Positions 18,862 to 28,132 of a stretch of 64,000 nucleotides of DNA are shown in pieces. The notes beneath the pieces were generated by a model. It was given only the letters and a program-made list of their open reading frames with translations. It was not told where the DNA came from and made no database searches. Positions within the stretch are counted from its first letter, which is position 1, and the number at the start of each line of letters is the position of its first letter. Both the position numbers and the translations under genes were made by a program. Origin of the DNA: an uncultured Thermoplasmata archaeon (GTDB lineage: Archaea; Thermoplasmatota; Thermoplasmata; RBG-16-68-12); contig CAVYJM010000021.1 in the NCBI GenBank assembly GCA_963768855.1, positions 47,710-111,709 of the forward strand, read 5' to 3'.

Positions 18862-19686
18862 GTGTCGAGCCTCGAGGGGAAGACCCTCTTCATCACGGGT
18901 GCGAGCCGCGGGATCGGGAAAGCCATCGCGCTCCGGGCGGCCCGAGACGGGGCGAACGTCGTGATCGCATCGAAGACGGTCGAGCCGCACCCGAAGCTGC
19001 CCGGGACGATCCACACCGCGGCGGCGGAGGTCGAGGCGGCGGGAGGACACGCCCTCCCCATCGCGACGGACATCCGGTTCGACGAGCAGGTCGAATCCGC
19101 CGTGGCGCACGCCGTGGAACGGTTCGGTGGCATCGACATCCTCGTGAACAACGCGTCCGCGATCTTCCTCGCGGGGACGCTCGACACCCCCATGAAGCGC
19201 TACGACCTGATGTTCGACATCAACGCACGGGGCGCCTTCGTCTGCGCGCAGGCCTGCCTTCCGCACCTCAAGAAGGCCGCGAACCCGCACGTGCTCAACC
19301 TCTCGCCTCCCCTCTCCCTGGAACGCCGATGGTTCGCGCCCCATGCGGCCTACACGCTGTCGAAGTACGCGATGAGCGCCTGGGTCCTCGGGATGGCGGA
19401 GGAGTTCCGCGACGATGGCATCGCCTTCAACGCGCTCTGGCCGCGGACCACGATCGACACGGAGGCCATCCGCCTGATCCTGGGCGCGGAGATGCGGCGC
19501 CGTTCGCGGAAGCCCGAGATCCTGGCGGATGCCGCGCACATCATCTTGACGAAGGACAGCCGCTCCTTCACCGGCCGTTTCTGCCTCGACGAAGAGGTGC
19601 TCCGGACCGCGGGCATCACGGATTTCTCGAAGTACCGCCACGAAGGCGTCTCCGAGGACGACCTGCTCCCGGACTACTTCGTCTAG
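18862..19686 (+). CDS. Short-chain dehydrogenase (HSDL2-like SDR)
   Basis: GKTLFITGASRGIG, KTVEPHPKLPGTI, LVNNASAI, YTLSKYAMS, NALWPRTTIDT. Confidence 0.92.
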   Translation: MSSLEGKTLFITGASRGIGKAIALRAARDGANVVIASKTVEPHPKLPGTIHTAAAEVEAAGGHALPIATDIRFDEQVESAVAHAVERFGGIDILVNNASAIFLAGTLDTPMKRYDLMFDINARGAFVCAQACLPHLKKAANPHVLNLSPPLSLERRWFAPHAAYTLSKYAMSAWVLGMAEEFRDDGIAFNALWPRTTIDTEAIRLILGAEMRRRSRKPEILADAAHIILTKDSRSFTGRFCLDEEVLRTAGITDFSKYRHEGVSEDDLLPDYFV

Positions 19687-19705
19687 ACGCAGGGTCCGAG
19701 GCCCG

Positions 19706-20233
19706 TCACCGCAGGACGTAGGCGCGGACGATCTGCGTCGACAAGTGCCGGAACGCGGCCTCGACGCTCTCCCCCGTCTTCGCGGAGGAGAGGAACGAGG
19801 GGCAGCCGAGCTGGGTCGCCTTCGCCGCCACGTCGGAGGGCGTGAGCGCCGCCTGGGCCGTGAGGTCCTTCTTGTTCGCCATCAGGACGAGGGGCACGGG
19901 ACCCGTCACATCCTGAACCGCCCGGATCCATGCGTCGATCCCCTCGAGAGTGCTCTTCCGCGTGAGATCGACCACGGCGAGAATCCCGCGGCTTCCGTGG
20001 AAGTAGGCCTCCTTCGCGAGCTCGCGGAAGCCCGCCTGACCCATGATGTCCCAGACGTTCAGCTCGAGGGAGACGTGGAGGTCATTGTCTGGGAGGTCGA
20101 CCGCCTCGACCTTCTTCGTGACCTTCGCGCCGAGCGTCAGGAGATACCGGTCATCGAACTGGTCCAGGACGTAGCGCCGGACGAGGGAGGTCTTCCCGAC
20201 GGCCTTGTCGCCGACGAGGACGGCCTTCGCCAT
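19706..20233 (-). CDS. Rab/Ras-like small GTPase
   Basis: G1 GDKAVGKTS, G2 TLG, G3 WDIMGQ, G4 NKKD, G5 SAK; ~175 aa; no C-terminal Cys lipidation motif. Confidence 0.9.
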   Translation of the reverse strand: MAKAVLVGDKAVGKTSLVRRYVLDQFDDRYLLTLGAKVTKKVEAVDLPDNDLHVSLELNVWDIMGQAGFRELAKEAYFHGSRGILAVVDLTRKSTLEGIDAWIRAVQDVTGPVPLVLMANKKDLTAQAALTPSDVAAKATQLGCPSFLSSAKTGESVEAAFRHLSTQIVRAYVLR

Positions 20234-20411
20234 GACTCGGTGCGTCTCGGGCATTGCCGTGCGCCCCCGCGGGCGCTTCCGGCCACGTCGCCTCTCCTCT
20301 TAACTCTTGCTCGGTGGCTACCCGCGGCGAGAGGCGGATGTCCTCGTCTGTATCGCGACCGATAGCCAAGCCCGTAAGTTCAAACCCCCCGAAGCGTGTC
20401 GTCCGCGTCGC

Positions 20412-20705
20412 ATGGCCGGAAAGGACGTCGCGGAGAAGCTCCTCCTCGTGGACCGCGATTTCATCGAGGCGCTCAAGCTCCACCTCCGCGCGAATCCCAA
20501 GGACAACGACGCCCTGGTCGCCCTGGGCCTCTTCATGCTCTCCCGCGGCGAGCCGGACAAGGCCCTCGACTGCTTCAACCGCGTGAGCCAGGCCGATCCG
20601 AAGTATCCCGGGATTTGGCGGTTCAAAGCCAAGGCGTTCGACGCGCTCGGGGACAAGGCCGCCGCCGAACAGAGCCGGTTGCGCGGCTCGGACCCGCGCT
20701 CCTGA
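20412..20705 (+). CDS. Small TPR-repeat protein
   Basis: DALVALGLFMLSRGEPDKALDCFNRVSQADPKYPGIWRFKAKAFDALG matches the TPR consensus. Confidence 0.8.
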   Translation: MAGKDVAEKLLLVDRDFIEALKLHLRANPKDNDALVALGLFMLSRGEPDKALDCFNRVSQADPKYPGIWRFKAKAFDALGDKAAAEQSRLRGSDPRS

Positions 20706-20870
20706 GGACCGCCTCGCCACAGCCTAATCGACCTGCGGCGGGCGGGGGCCATCGAGCTCACGCCGGGAGCCCATGGGCCGGCTTGTCCGCTCCAGGAGGC
20801 CGGCTTCCGGAGGCATCCCGACACATGCCGGGCGAAGGCATATCATCCGCGAGCGCGTTAGGCGACGGCT

Positions 20871-22055
20871 ATGACCGCATACCGCGTCACTCTCCGTGCT
20901 CCCGCCACCGGACCCATCGCGGAGCTGACGCGGGTGCATCCGGGGCTCTGCGTCGAGGGCACGCCGGTGGGGAACCTCCTCCTGCTCCGGCTCTCCGGCG
21001 ACTCGGGCACGATCGACGACGCCGAGCAGACCCTCGCCACGCACATGGTCACCCGGCACGAGACGAAAGAGTCGGATGTCCTGACGCTCGTCGTGGAGGC
21101 GCCGCCCTCCGACGTCGGAATCCTTGAGCGCTCGATCGCCGCGGACGCGCTCGTCCTGCCGCCGCTCCGGTGGTGCGGTTCGCAGGTCCTCATCCGGCTC
21201 CTGCTCTTCGAACAGGTCCGGATGGACGTGCTCTCGGAGATCCTTCCTGGCGCGCAGCTCGAGTCCAAGTCCGTTCTGCACGGCAACGAGGTCGAGCGGG
21301 AGCTGCTGGCCTCCGGACTCCTGCTGCCCTCCCTCACCCGACGGCAGGGCCAGGCCGTCCTCGCCGCCCTGGAGTCGGGCTACTACGATGCCCCGCGGAA
21401 GGTGACGACGGGCGAAGTCGCCTCGGATCTCGGCATCGCTCGCAGCACGTTCGAGGAGCACTTGAAGGCCGCTGAGTCCCAGCTCGTGCGGGCCCTCGCG
21501 CCCGTCGTGCGGATGCGGCTCCTCCAGGCGGAGCAGGGACCCGAGGCGGCCGGTGCGGAGGCCCTCCACCTCTACGCGAAGTTCTCCGAGGACCTCGGCC
21601 TCTTCGTGAACATGACCGTCCGCGGCGACCGCATCGCGGCCGTGACGATCGCGCCGAAGCCCCCGGTGGAGCCGCACGGCGAGGACCATCCCTATCTGTC
21701 GCGGATCCTCGAGCATCTCGCGACCGGCCGCGACGATCTGCAAGACATCCCGCTGGATCTCGATGTGACCCCCTTCGAGCAGAAGGTGCTCGAGTGCCTG
21801 CGCACGGTCCCCTCCGGCGAGGTCGTCACCTATGGCGACCTGGCGCGGCTCATCGGACGGCCGAAGGCCTCGAGGGCCGTCGGCCAGGTCTGCGCGAAGA
21901 ACCCCGCGATCCTGGTCGTGCCCTGCCACCGGGTCGTTCCGTCTGCGGGCGGCGTGGGGAACTACGGAGGAGCGGGCGGCTCTGCGACGAAGCGCAAGCT
22001 CCTCGAGAAAGAGGGCGCGCTCCCGAAGGTCGAAGGCGTGAAGCCTCTCGACTGA
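20871..22055 (+). CDS. Fusion: Bat-type HTH_10 regulator + O6-methylguanine-DNA methyltransferase domain
   Basis: LTRRQGQAVLAALESGYYDAPRKVTTGEVASDLGIARSTFEEHLKAAE (HTH_10) in frame with TPFEQKVLECLRTVPSGEVVTYGDLA...RAVG...NP...VPCHRVV...NYGG (Ogt with active-site PCHR at 21921-21932). Confidence 0.88.
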   Translation: MTAYRVTLRAPATGPIAELTRVHPGLCVEGTPVGNLLLLRLSGDSGTIDDAEQTLATHMVTRHETKESDVLTLVVEAPPSDVGILERSIAADALVLPPLRWCGSQVLIRLLLFEQVRMDVLSEILPGAQLESKSVLHGNEVERELLASGLLLPSLTRRQGQAVLAALESGYYDAPRKVTTGEVASDLGIARSTFEEHLKAAESQLVRALAPVVRMRLLQAEQGPEAAGAEALHLYAKFSEDLGLFVNMTVRGDRIAAVTIAPKPPVEPHGEDHPYLSRILEHLATGRDDLQDIPLDLDVTPFEQKVLECLRTVPSGEVVTYGDLARLIGRPKASRAVGQVCAKNPAILVVPCHRVVPSAGGVGNYGGAGGSATKRKLLEKEGALPKVEGVKPLD

Positions 22056-22171
22056 ATGGGATCTGCCACAGCGCCTCCGCACTTCTGGTTTGGCCCCCCG
22101 TACGACGGCTTCCGTCGCACCCGTCACATGCCGGCCCAATCCGTAAGGAGTCCGGAGGTCTCGTCGTTTCC

Positions 22172-22621
22172 ATGCTACCCATGCCTCCGAGCGGGACTTG
22201 GTTGTCCCGAGTGCGATACGACCGTTCCTCCCTGGAACTCAACGCCTACATGCGCGACGAGTGGAGATCGAACCCGGACTGGCTCGTCCGGCGTCCGCTG
22301 CGGCGGGATGGCTCCCTCTGGAGTCGGCTGCGCCGGTGGTTCGTTGTCCGTGCCAGGGAGCCGGCGCGATTGCGGGTGGGTCTTTCGGATCCCGCACCCT
22401 CGGACTGGCTCGCGCGCGCGGATGCCTGCCCGCACCTCGTGACGGAAGACCTCGGCCTCGGAACCCAGGCGCAGTTCCTGCGTTGCACGGAGTGCGGGGA
22501 CGTCCTGGTCCTCCATGCCGGGCGCGAGTGGCACGTCGGCTCTGCGGCTGAACCCTCTCCGAAGGAGCCGGCCGCTGGAGAACTCCGTCCCGCGTCGCTG
22601 GAGGAGCTGCCGGAATGCTAG
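22172..22621 (+). CDS. Hypothetical protein with putative Zn-binding motif
   Basis: CPH-x15-CTEC motif; co-oriented downstream of the HTH_10-Ogt gene; start uncertain. Confidence 0.5.
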   Translation: MLPMPPSGTWLSRVRYDRSSLELNAYMRDEWRSNPDWLVRRPLRRDGSLWSRLRRWFVVRAREPARLRVGLSDPAPSDWLARADACPHLVTEDLGLGTQAQFLRCTECGDVLVLHAGREWHVGSAAEPSPKEPAAGELRPASLEELPEC

Positions 22622-22637
22622 AGGCGGCGGTCCGGAC

Positions 22638-23843
22638 TCAAACGGCCCCGCTCGCGGCCCAGTAGGCGGCCAGGAAGTCCATCCAGCCGGCGCTCGGGAA
22701 CGCGAACGCTGCATAGTACCCCGGTACCTCCTTCGCATGGTTCGGGAGCGCGATGCCGATGCCGTTGAGCTGGTGGTCCGTCGTCTTCGTGGCCTGGAGG
22801 GCGACGACTGTGGCGTCCACATTGGCGGCCACGAGGGCGCACGCGTTCTGGATTGCCGCCGAGTTCGTTGCAGCTCCGAGCCGCTGCGCGAAGGTCTTGA
22901 GGTCCACGAGGTTGAGGGCGTTGGCCCCGTAGCTGTACACGGCGTCGGCCCGCGCCTTGGATATGAGGTCCGCGTTCGACTTCATGTCGGGCATCAGCAG
23001 GTTCCCGAGCCGGAGCACGGACGCGCCGAGGGCCGGAATCGTGCTCAGGTCAATGGCGGCGTGGGCGTTGATCTCCTCGCCGCTGTGCGGCGCGGCGCTC
23101 AGGAGCCGCTGGGTCTCCTCAATCATCATCGTCGCCGCCTGCCGGGCGCTCAGAGCCGGATGGTCCACGAGCGCCTGCAACGTCCAGTCGTAGGGGAATC
23201 CCCGCCACCCGGTGTACGTCTCCGCGGCGACCAGATAGTCTGTTCGGAGTCCGAGGGCGACGTATTCGTAGGCGACCTCGAGCTGCGCGACGAGGCACTC
23301 GTCCGCGGCGATCACGTCGACGTGGTATCCGTCGAGGGCCTGGACGACCTCCTGGTGTGTCAAGCGATCCGAGCCGCCGGCCGGTCCCGCGTGCTCATCG
23401 AAGGCCACGTAGTCCGGGGAACCGTGGTCCCAGAAGATCAGGAGCGTGTGGTCGGGCCGCGCCGCCGCGGATGCGTATGCGACGAAGCTGCGCAGGGTGC
23501 CCGGATCTCCCATGTTCGCCTCCTGGCCATCGAGGGCGAACGGAGTCTGTTCCACCAGGGCGCCTTTCTCGACCCGGAACAGGTTCGTGGGTCCGGCGTA
23601 GCGGTCCACCAGGACGTAGACGGCCACCTCGGGCGTCGATCCGACCGACATGAGCTCGTCGAGATCGCTCTGCACGACCGGCACATGGTGCGCGCCCGCG
23701 TACACATCCAGGCTGTTGTCGGCATCGAGGTATAGGAGGTACAGCCACTTCGCGTGCGGTTGTGTTGCGCTCGCCGCGGGGACGAACACGACCGCAGTCG
23801 CCAAGACCAGCACGACGAACGCCAACGCGATGCGCTTCGCCAT
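22638..23843 (-). CDS. Secreted clostripain-family (C11) cysteine peptidase
   Basis: Signal peptide MAKRIALAFVVLVLATAVVFVPAASA; WLYLLYLDADNSL, NMGDPGTL, FWDHG (catalytic His), ADECLVA (catalytic Cys). Confidence 0.9.
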   Translation of the reverse strand: MAKRIALAFVVLVLATAVVFVPAASATQPHAKWLYLLYLDADNSLDVYAGAHHVPVVQSDLDELMSVGSTPEVAVYVLVDRYAGPTNLFRVEKGALVEQTPFALDGQEANMGDPGTLRSFVAYASAAARPDHTLLIFWDHGSPDYVAFDEHAGPAGGSDRLTHQEVVQALDGYHVDVIAADECLVAQLEVAYEYVALGLRTDYLVAAETYTGWRGFPYDWTLQALVDHPALSARQAATMMIEETQRLLSAAPHSGEEINAHAAIDLSTIPALGASVLRLGNLLMPDMKSNADLISKARADAVYSYGANALNLVDLKTFAQRLGAATNSAAIQNACALVAANVDATVVALQATKTTDHQLNGIGIALPNHAKEVPGYYAAFAFPSAGWMDFLAAYWAASGAV

Positions 23844-24026
23844 CCGCCCCTTCCTCCTGCCGTTCGCACGGAAGGCGGATGCCCTCCGTACGGGTTGGCT
23901 GGGCATCGGGGTGGGCGTAGATGGTCCCTGCCTACTTACCGTACGGCGTCGGGTAGATGTCCGCGGCTTCCCCGGGGCGGGAGAGAACCTTTAACCTTCC
24001 ACTCCGAATCCCCAATAGGGGTGCAC

Positions 24027-25157
24027 ATGAAGATCGAACCGTTCACGATGGAGCGGTACCAGTCCGTCTACGAGTACATCGTCGAGTACGACCTCGCGGA
24101 GAGCGGCGTCCATCCCCTCACCCTGCGCGAACTCCTCGGATCCGAGGAGGCGGCTGAGACGCTCCTCGATGCGCGCCTCGGCTATCCCCAGTCCGAGGGG
24201 ACGCCGGAGTTGCGGGCGACGATCGCAGCCCTGTATCCCGGCGCGGCGACCGAGAACGTCCTCGCCACGAACGGGTCCTCCGAGGCGATCTTCTGCGCGG
24301 CGTGGCGGCTCCTCGAGAAGGGCGACGAGATCGTCCTGATGCAGCCGAACTACCAGCAGCTCTGGGGGCTCGCGAAGACGTGGGGCGTGAAGGTGAAGCC
24401 CCTGTGGCTCAAGGAGGAGCTTGGCTGGCAGTTCGACCCGGAGGAGCTGAAACGCCTCGTCACGAAGAAGACCAGGGCCGTCCAGGTCTGCAACCCGAAC
24501 AACCCGACCGGCGCGATCATGGCCGCGCCCCAGCGGAAGGCGCTGCTCGACGCGGTCGAGGACGCGGGCACCTGGCTCCTCTCCGACGAGGTGTACCAGG
24601 GAGCGGAGCGGGAGGCGCCCCGGACGAAGAGCCTCTGGGGCTCTCACGACCGGACGCTCGTCACGAACGGACTGAGCAAGGCGTACGGCCTCCCGGGCTT
24701 GCGGATCGGCTGGCTCGTCGGTCCTCCGAAGATGATCGAGGAGCTCATGGCCTACCACGACTACCTCACGCTCACGCCGACAATGTTGTCGGACCGCCTC
24801 GCGCGGACCGTCCTCGAGAGGCGGCGGCGGGAGGAGATCCTCCTCCGCACGCGCGACATCCTCCGCAAGAACTACCCGGCCGTGCGGGACTGGATCGAGG
24901 CTCATGGCTCCCTCTTCTCCCATGTGCCGCCCGCCGCGGGCGCGATCTGCTACCTCCGCTACGGGCTGAAGATCAACTCGACCGAGCTCGTCGAGCGCCT
25001 CCGAAAGGAGAAGTCCGTGCTCCTCGTGCCCGGCGACATGTTCGGGATGGACGGCTACGTGCGGATCGGGATCGGCCCGCCAACGGAGTACCTGCTCGCC
25101 GGGCTCGACCGGTTCGACGCTCTCCTGCGGGAGCTGAAGGCCGGCAAGACGAGGTGA
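24027..25157 (+). CDS. Class I/II PLP-dependent aminotransferase
   Basis: YDLAESG, NPNNPTG, SDEVY, GLSKAYGLPGLRIGW (PLP lysine), VPGDMFG. Confidence 0.92.
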   Translation: MKIEPFTMERYQSVYEYIVEYDLAESGVHPLTLRELLGSEEAAETLLDARLGYPQSEGTPELRATIAALYPGAATENVLATNGSSEAIFCAAWRLLEKGDEIVLMQPNYQQLWGLAKTWGVKVKPLWLKEELGWQFDPEELKRLVTKKTRAVQVCNPNNPTGAIMAAPQRKALLDAVEDAGTWLLSDEVYQGAEREAPRTKSLWGSHDRTLVTNGLSKAYGLPGLRIGWLVGPPKMIEELMAYHDYLTLTPTMLSDRLARTVLERRRREEILLRTRDILRKNYPAVRDWIEAHGSLFSHVPPAAGAICYLRYGLKINSTELVERLRKEKSVLLVPGDMFGMDGYVRIGIGPPTEYLLAGLDRFDALLRELKAGKTR

Positions 25158-25159
25158 CC

Positions 25160-26149
25160 ATGGTCGAGATCCGCCTTCTCCTCGAATCGGAGATCCGCAG
25201 CCTCCTGGGGCCGAAAGAAGCGTTCGAGGCCGTGCGCGAGGCGTTCGTGAAGCTCGCCCGCGGCGAGGTCGTCCTCCCGGGCATCCTCGGCATCGACATC
25301 CCCGAGACTCGGACGGAGGCCCACGTCAAGGGCGCGTTCCTCCGAGGAGCGCCGTACTTCTCGGTGAAGGCGGCCTCCGGATCCTACGACAACCCGACGC
25401 GGGGGCTCCCGGTGAGCGGCGGCCTCGTGATGGTCTTCGACTCGACGACGGGGCTTCCCCGGGCGATTCTCTTCGACAACGGTTACCTGACGGACGTGCG
25501 GACCGGGGCCGCGGGCGCGCTCGCCGCCGACCTTCTGGCCAAGAAGGAGGTGGACCGCGTCGGGATCATCGGGGTCGGGACCCAGGCGCGCTACCAGATG
25601 GCGGCCCTGCTCGGCGTGCGCCGCCCCAGGACCGTGCTCGCCTACGGCCGGTCGACCGTGAAGGCGGCCGCGTACGCGCGGGAGGTGGAAGCGCGCCATG
25701 GGGTCCGCGTCACGGTCGCGCCCACGATGGAGAAGGCCGTGCGCGGGTCGGATATCGTGATGACCGTGACCCCGTCGACCCAGCCTCTCGTCCAGGCGGA
25801 CTGGGTGCAGGACGGGACGCACATCACCGCGGTCGGCTCGGACGGGCCCAACAAACAGGAGCTCGACATCCGCGTCCTCCAGAAGGCGGACAAGATCGTC
25901 GCCGATCACCTGGAGCAGTGCCTCCAGTTCGGCGAGATCCACCATGCGGTCGAGGCGGGGGTCCTACGGAAGGAGGATGTCTACGGGGAACTGGGCGAGA
26001 TCGCCGCGGGGATGAAGCCCGGCCGCGAGTCCGACGACGAGATCACGATCGCGGACCTCACTGGAGTGGGCGTGCAGGACACGGCCGTGGCGAACCGGGT
26101 CGTCGAGGAAGCCATGCGCCGCGGCCTCGGCCGGATCCTCGAGGTCTGA
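25160..26149 (+). CDS. Ornithine cyclodeaminase/mu-crystallin family protein (EutC-like)
   Basis: DNPTRGLP, FDNGYLTDVRTGAAG, IGVGTQAR, HITAVGSD, ADLTGVGVQDTA; SD GAGGTGA-CC-ATG immediately after the aminotransferase stop. Confidence 0.92.
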   Translation: MVEIRLLLESEIRSLLGPKEAFEAVREAFVKLARGEVVLPGILGIDIPETRTEAHVKGAFLRGAPYFSVKAASGSYDNPTRGLPVSGGLVMVFDSTTGLPRAILFDNGYLTDVRTGAAGALAADLLAKKEVDRVGIIGVGTQARYQMAALLGVRRPRTVLAYGRSTVKAAAYAREVEARHGVRVTVAPTMEKAVRGSDIVMTVTPSTQPLVQADWVQDGTHITAVGSDGPNKQELDIRVLQKADKIVADHLEQCLQFGEIHHAVEAGVLRKEDVYGELGEIAAGMKPGRESDDEITIADLTGVGVQDTAVANRVVEEAMRRGLGRILEV

Positions 26150-26166
26150 TCCGCCGGATCACCGCT

Positions 26167-27513
26167 TCAGATCGCCGAGAGGCCGCGTGCCTTCAACGCC
26201 TCGCGGATCTCGCCCGCCGCGCGAACTCCGGAATCGAGCGCGCCATGCACCGTGGCGTATTCGCCCGCGAAGTGGGCAGACTCCCCGGCGAAGAAGAGCA
26301 CGCCCTCGATGGGTTCCGCCAGGATGCGACGTTGCTCGATCCCGCCGCCGACCTTCGGGAACGTGTAGCCGCCGCGGACGTCTGGGTCGGCGGACCAGTC
26401 GATGTACCTCGCGGCGATCAGGTGCGAGCGGAGCTCCGCTCCCGGGACCATGGACTCGAGTTCGCGGACGATGGCGTCGACGACTTCTGACTCGGGCCGG
26501 CCCGAGAGCGCGATCGCGCGCCGGCCCGACAGGAATCCCTCGAGGACCACGGGCAGGTCCTTCCTCCCGTGATACGGGAAGAAGAACCAGGATCCCTCCG
26601 TGGATGCGGCCGAGGTGGCCCGCCCGAGGACCGTGCGCCGGACCCCGGCGTCGAAAACGAGGAGGATCTTGTCCGCATGACCGAATCCGAGGGCATTCAC
26701 CGCGCCCAACTTCCGCTCCGGCAGTTCCGGGACGAAGTCGATGGCCTTGGCCTGGAGGACTCCGAGGGAGACCGTGACGACCACCGCGGCCCCTTCGAAC
26801 GTCTCCGGGCCCGCGGGTCCCGTGGCCTGCACCCGGACGCCTTCCTTCGTCCACTCGATCCGATGGACCCGCGTCTTCAGGCGGATCGCATCGGCGAAAT
26901 CCTTCGCGCGCCGTTTCGCGAGCTTCGCATAGCCTTCGAGGACCTGATAGTTGGCCCACGGGAGGCCGAAGGATTGCGCGTTGGCCTCTTCGGCGAGGCC
27001 CCGGACGCTGACCTCGTCCGGATCCGCCGCGTTGATGCTCGCGTACATCGCCCCGACGAACTTGCGGGCGGTAGGCAGGGCGTGCTCGGCCTCCAGGAAG
27101 CGGTCCAGGGTGATGTCCGGGCCGGCGTAACGCGCGACCGCCTTCGGGAGCCGGCGGAGGGTCTGGAAGGAGGACCGGAGCGGCTCGAGCCCACTCAGCG
27201 CGACGCCGAGGGAGCTGCGGAGCTTCCCCTTCAGGAAGAACCGCGCCCCGCGGAACTCGGGCACTTTCTTCGTCGTGAGGCCGAACTCCTCGATCCAGCG
27301 GAGCACGGAGGCGTCGCTGCCGTGCACCATCATCGCGCCGCCCTCGATCGGGTGGCCGTCGAGGAGATCGTACTCCGTCCGCACCCGGCCGCCGACGCGG
27401 TCCTTCGACTCGAGGATGACGAATGGGATGCCGGCCTGCTTCAGAGTATGGGCGCATCCGAGCCCGGCGAATCCGGCGCCGACGATGATGACCTTCGGCT
27501 TCTCGGCGGACGT
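26167..27513 (-). CDS. Flavin monoamine oxidase family protein (apparent ACG start)
   Basis: Frame extends upstream of the ORF-track start to KPKVIIVGAGFAGL...ILESKDRVGGRV; C-terminal GGY...LFFAGE...TVHGALDSG. No ATG/GTG/TTG between the in-frame TAA (27550-27552) and the FAD motif. Confidence 0.88.
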   Translation of the reverse strand, partial: TSAEKPKVIIVGAGFAGLGCAHTLKQAGIPFVILESKDRVGGRVRTEYDLLDGHPIEGGAMMVHGSDASVLRWIEEFGLTTKKVPEFRGARFFLKGKLRSSLGVALSGLEPLRSSFQTLRRLPKAVARYAGPDITLDRFLEAEHALPTARKFVGAMYASINAADPDEVSVRGLAEEANAQSFGLPWANYQVLEGYAKLAKRRAKDFADAIRLKTRVHRIEWTKEGVRVQATGPAGPETFEGAAVVVTVSLGVLQAKAIDFVPELPERKLGAVNALGFGHADKILLVFDAGVRRTVLGRATSAASTEGSWFFFPYHGRKDLPVVLEGFLSGRRAIALSGRPESEVVDAIVRELESMVPGAELRSHLIAARYIDWSADPDVRGGYTFPKVGGGIEQRRILAEPIEGVLFFAGESAHFAGEYATVHGALDSGVRAAGEIREALKARGLSAI

Positions 27514-27610
27514 GTTCTCCCTGCCGAGGCGGGAACGCGGATGGATGTATTACCTCTCCTGTCCGGGAGTCCCTCATCCCCCCTCACTGAAACGCGTGAG
27601 GTTTAAGTAG

Positions 27611-27634
27611 ATAATTCAACATGTGTTGAATTAT
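27611..27634. promoter_or_regulatory. Probable TetR operator
   Basis: Perfect inverted repeat ATAATTCAACA-TG-TGTTGAATTAT directly downstream of TATA-like TTTAAG (27602-27607), overlapping the ATG (27633) of an operon that encodes a TetR protein. Confidence 0.75.
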
Positions 27635-28124
27635 GTCCATATCCGACCGGGGAAAAGAACGCTCCCGTTCCCGGAACCGACTGCGGTCCCAGATTGCACC
27701 GTGGGCATGGGCGCTCCTCGCCCTGCTCCTGCTCCAGAACATCCTCGGAATCTACCTCAACCTGTTCGTTGCGCTGCCGGCGTCCCAGGACCTCGCCGCC
27801 CTCCTCGCCTCCTACTCGGTCCTGGCGATGCACGTGACCGTGGGGTTCCTGATTCTCGCCACCGCAGGTGTCATCCTCTTCCTCGGCGCCCGCACCCACC
27901 GCGGGGCCCTCTGGATCCCCGCCCTCGCCGCGCTCGTGTTCGCCCTCCTTGCGTTCTCGACCGGCGTCGAGTTCACCATCGGAGGTCAGGATGACGTCCT
28001 CTCCTTCCTCATGGAGATCGCGTTCCTCGGCGTCGTCGGGTCCGACGTCCTCGTGCTCTATGCAGCGAGCCGGTCCCGCTCGCCACGCGACGCGGCGACC
28101 TCATCGCTATCCGTCGAAGAGTGA
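27633..28124 (+). CDS. Hypothetical 4-TM membrane protein
   Basis: Four hydrophobic helices; His in the second (LAMHVTVGFL); stop overlaps the SD region of tetR. Confidence 0.75.
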   Translation: MSISDRGKERSRSRNRLRSQIAPWAWALLALLLLQNILGIYLNLFVALPASQDLAALLASYSVLAMHVTVGFLILATAGVILFLGARTHRGALWIPALAALVFALLAFSTGVEFTIGGQDDVLSFLMEIAFLGVVGSDVLVLYAASRSRSPRDAATSSLSVEE

Positions 28125-28132
28125 GGTGGATC

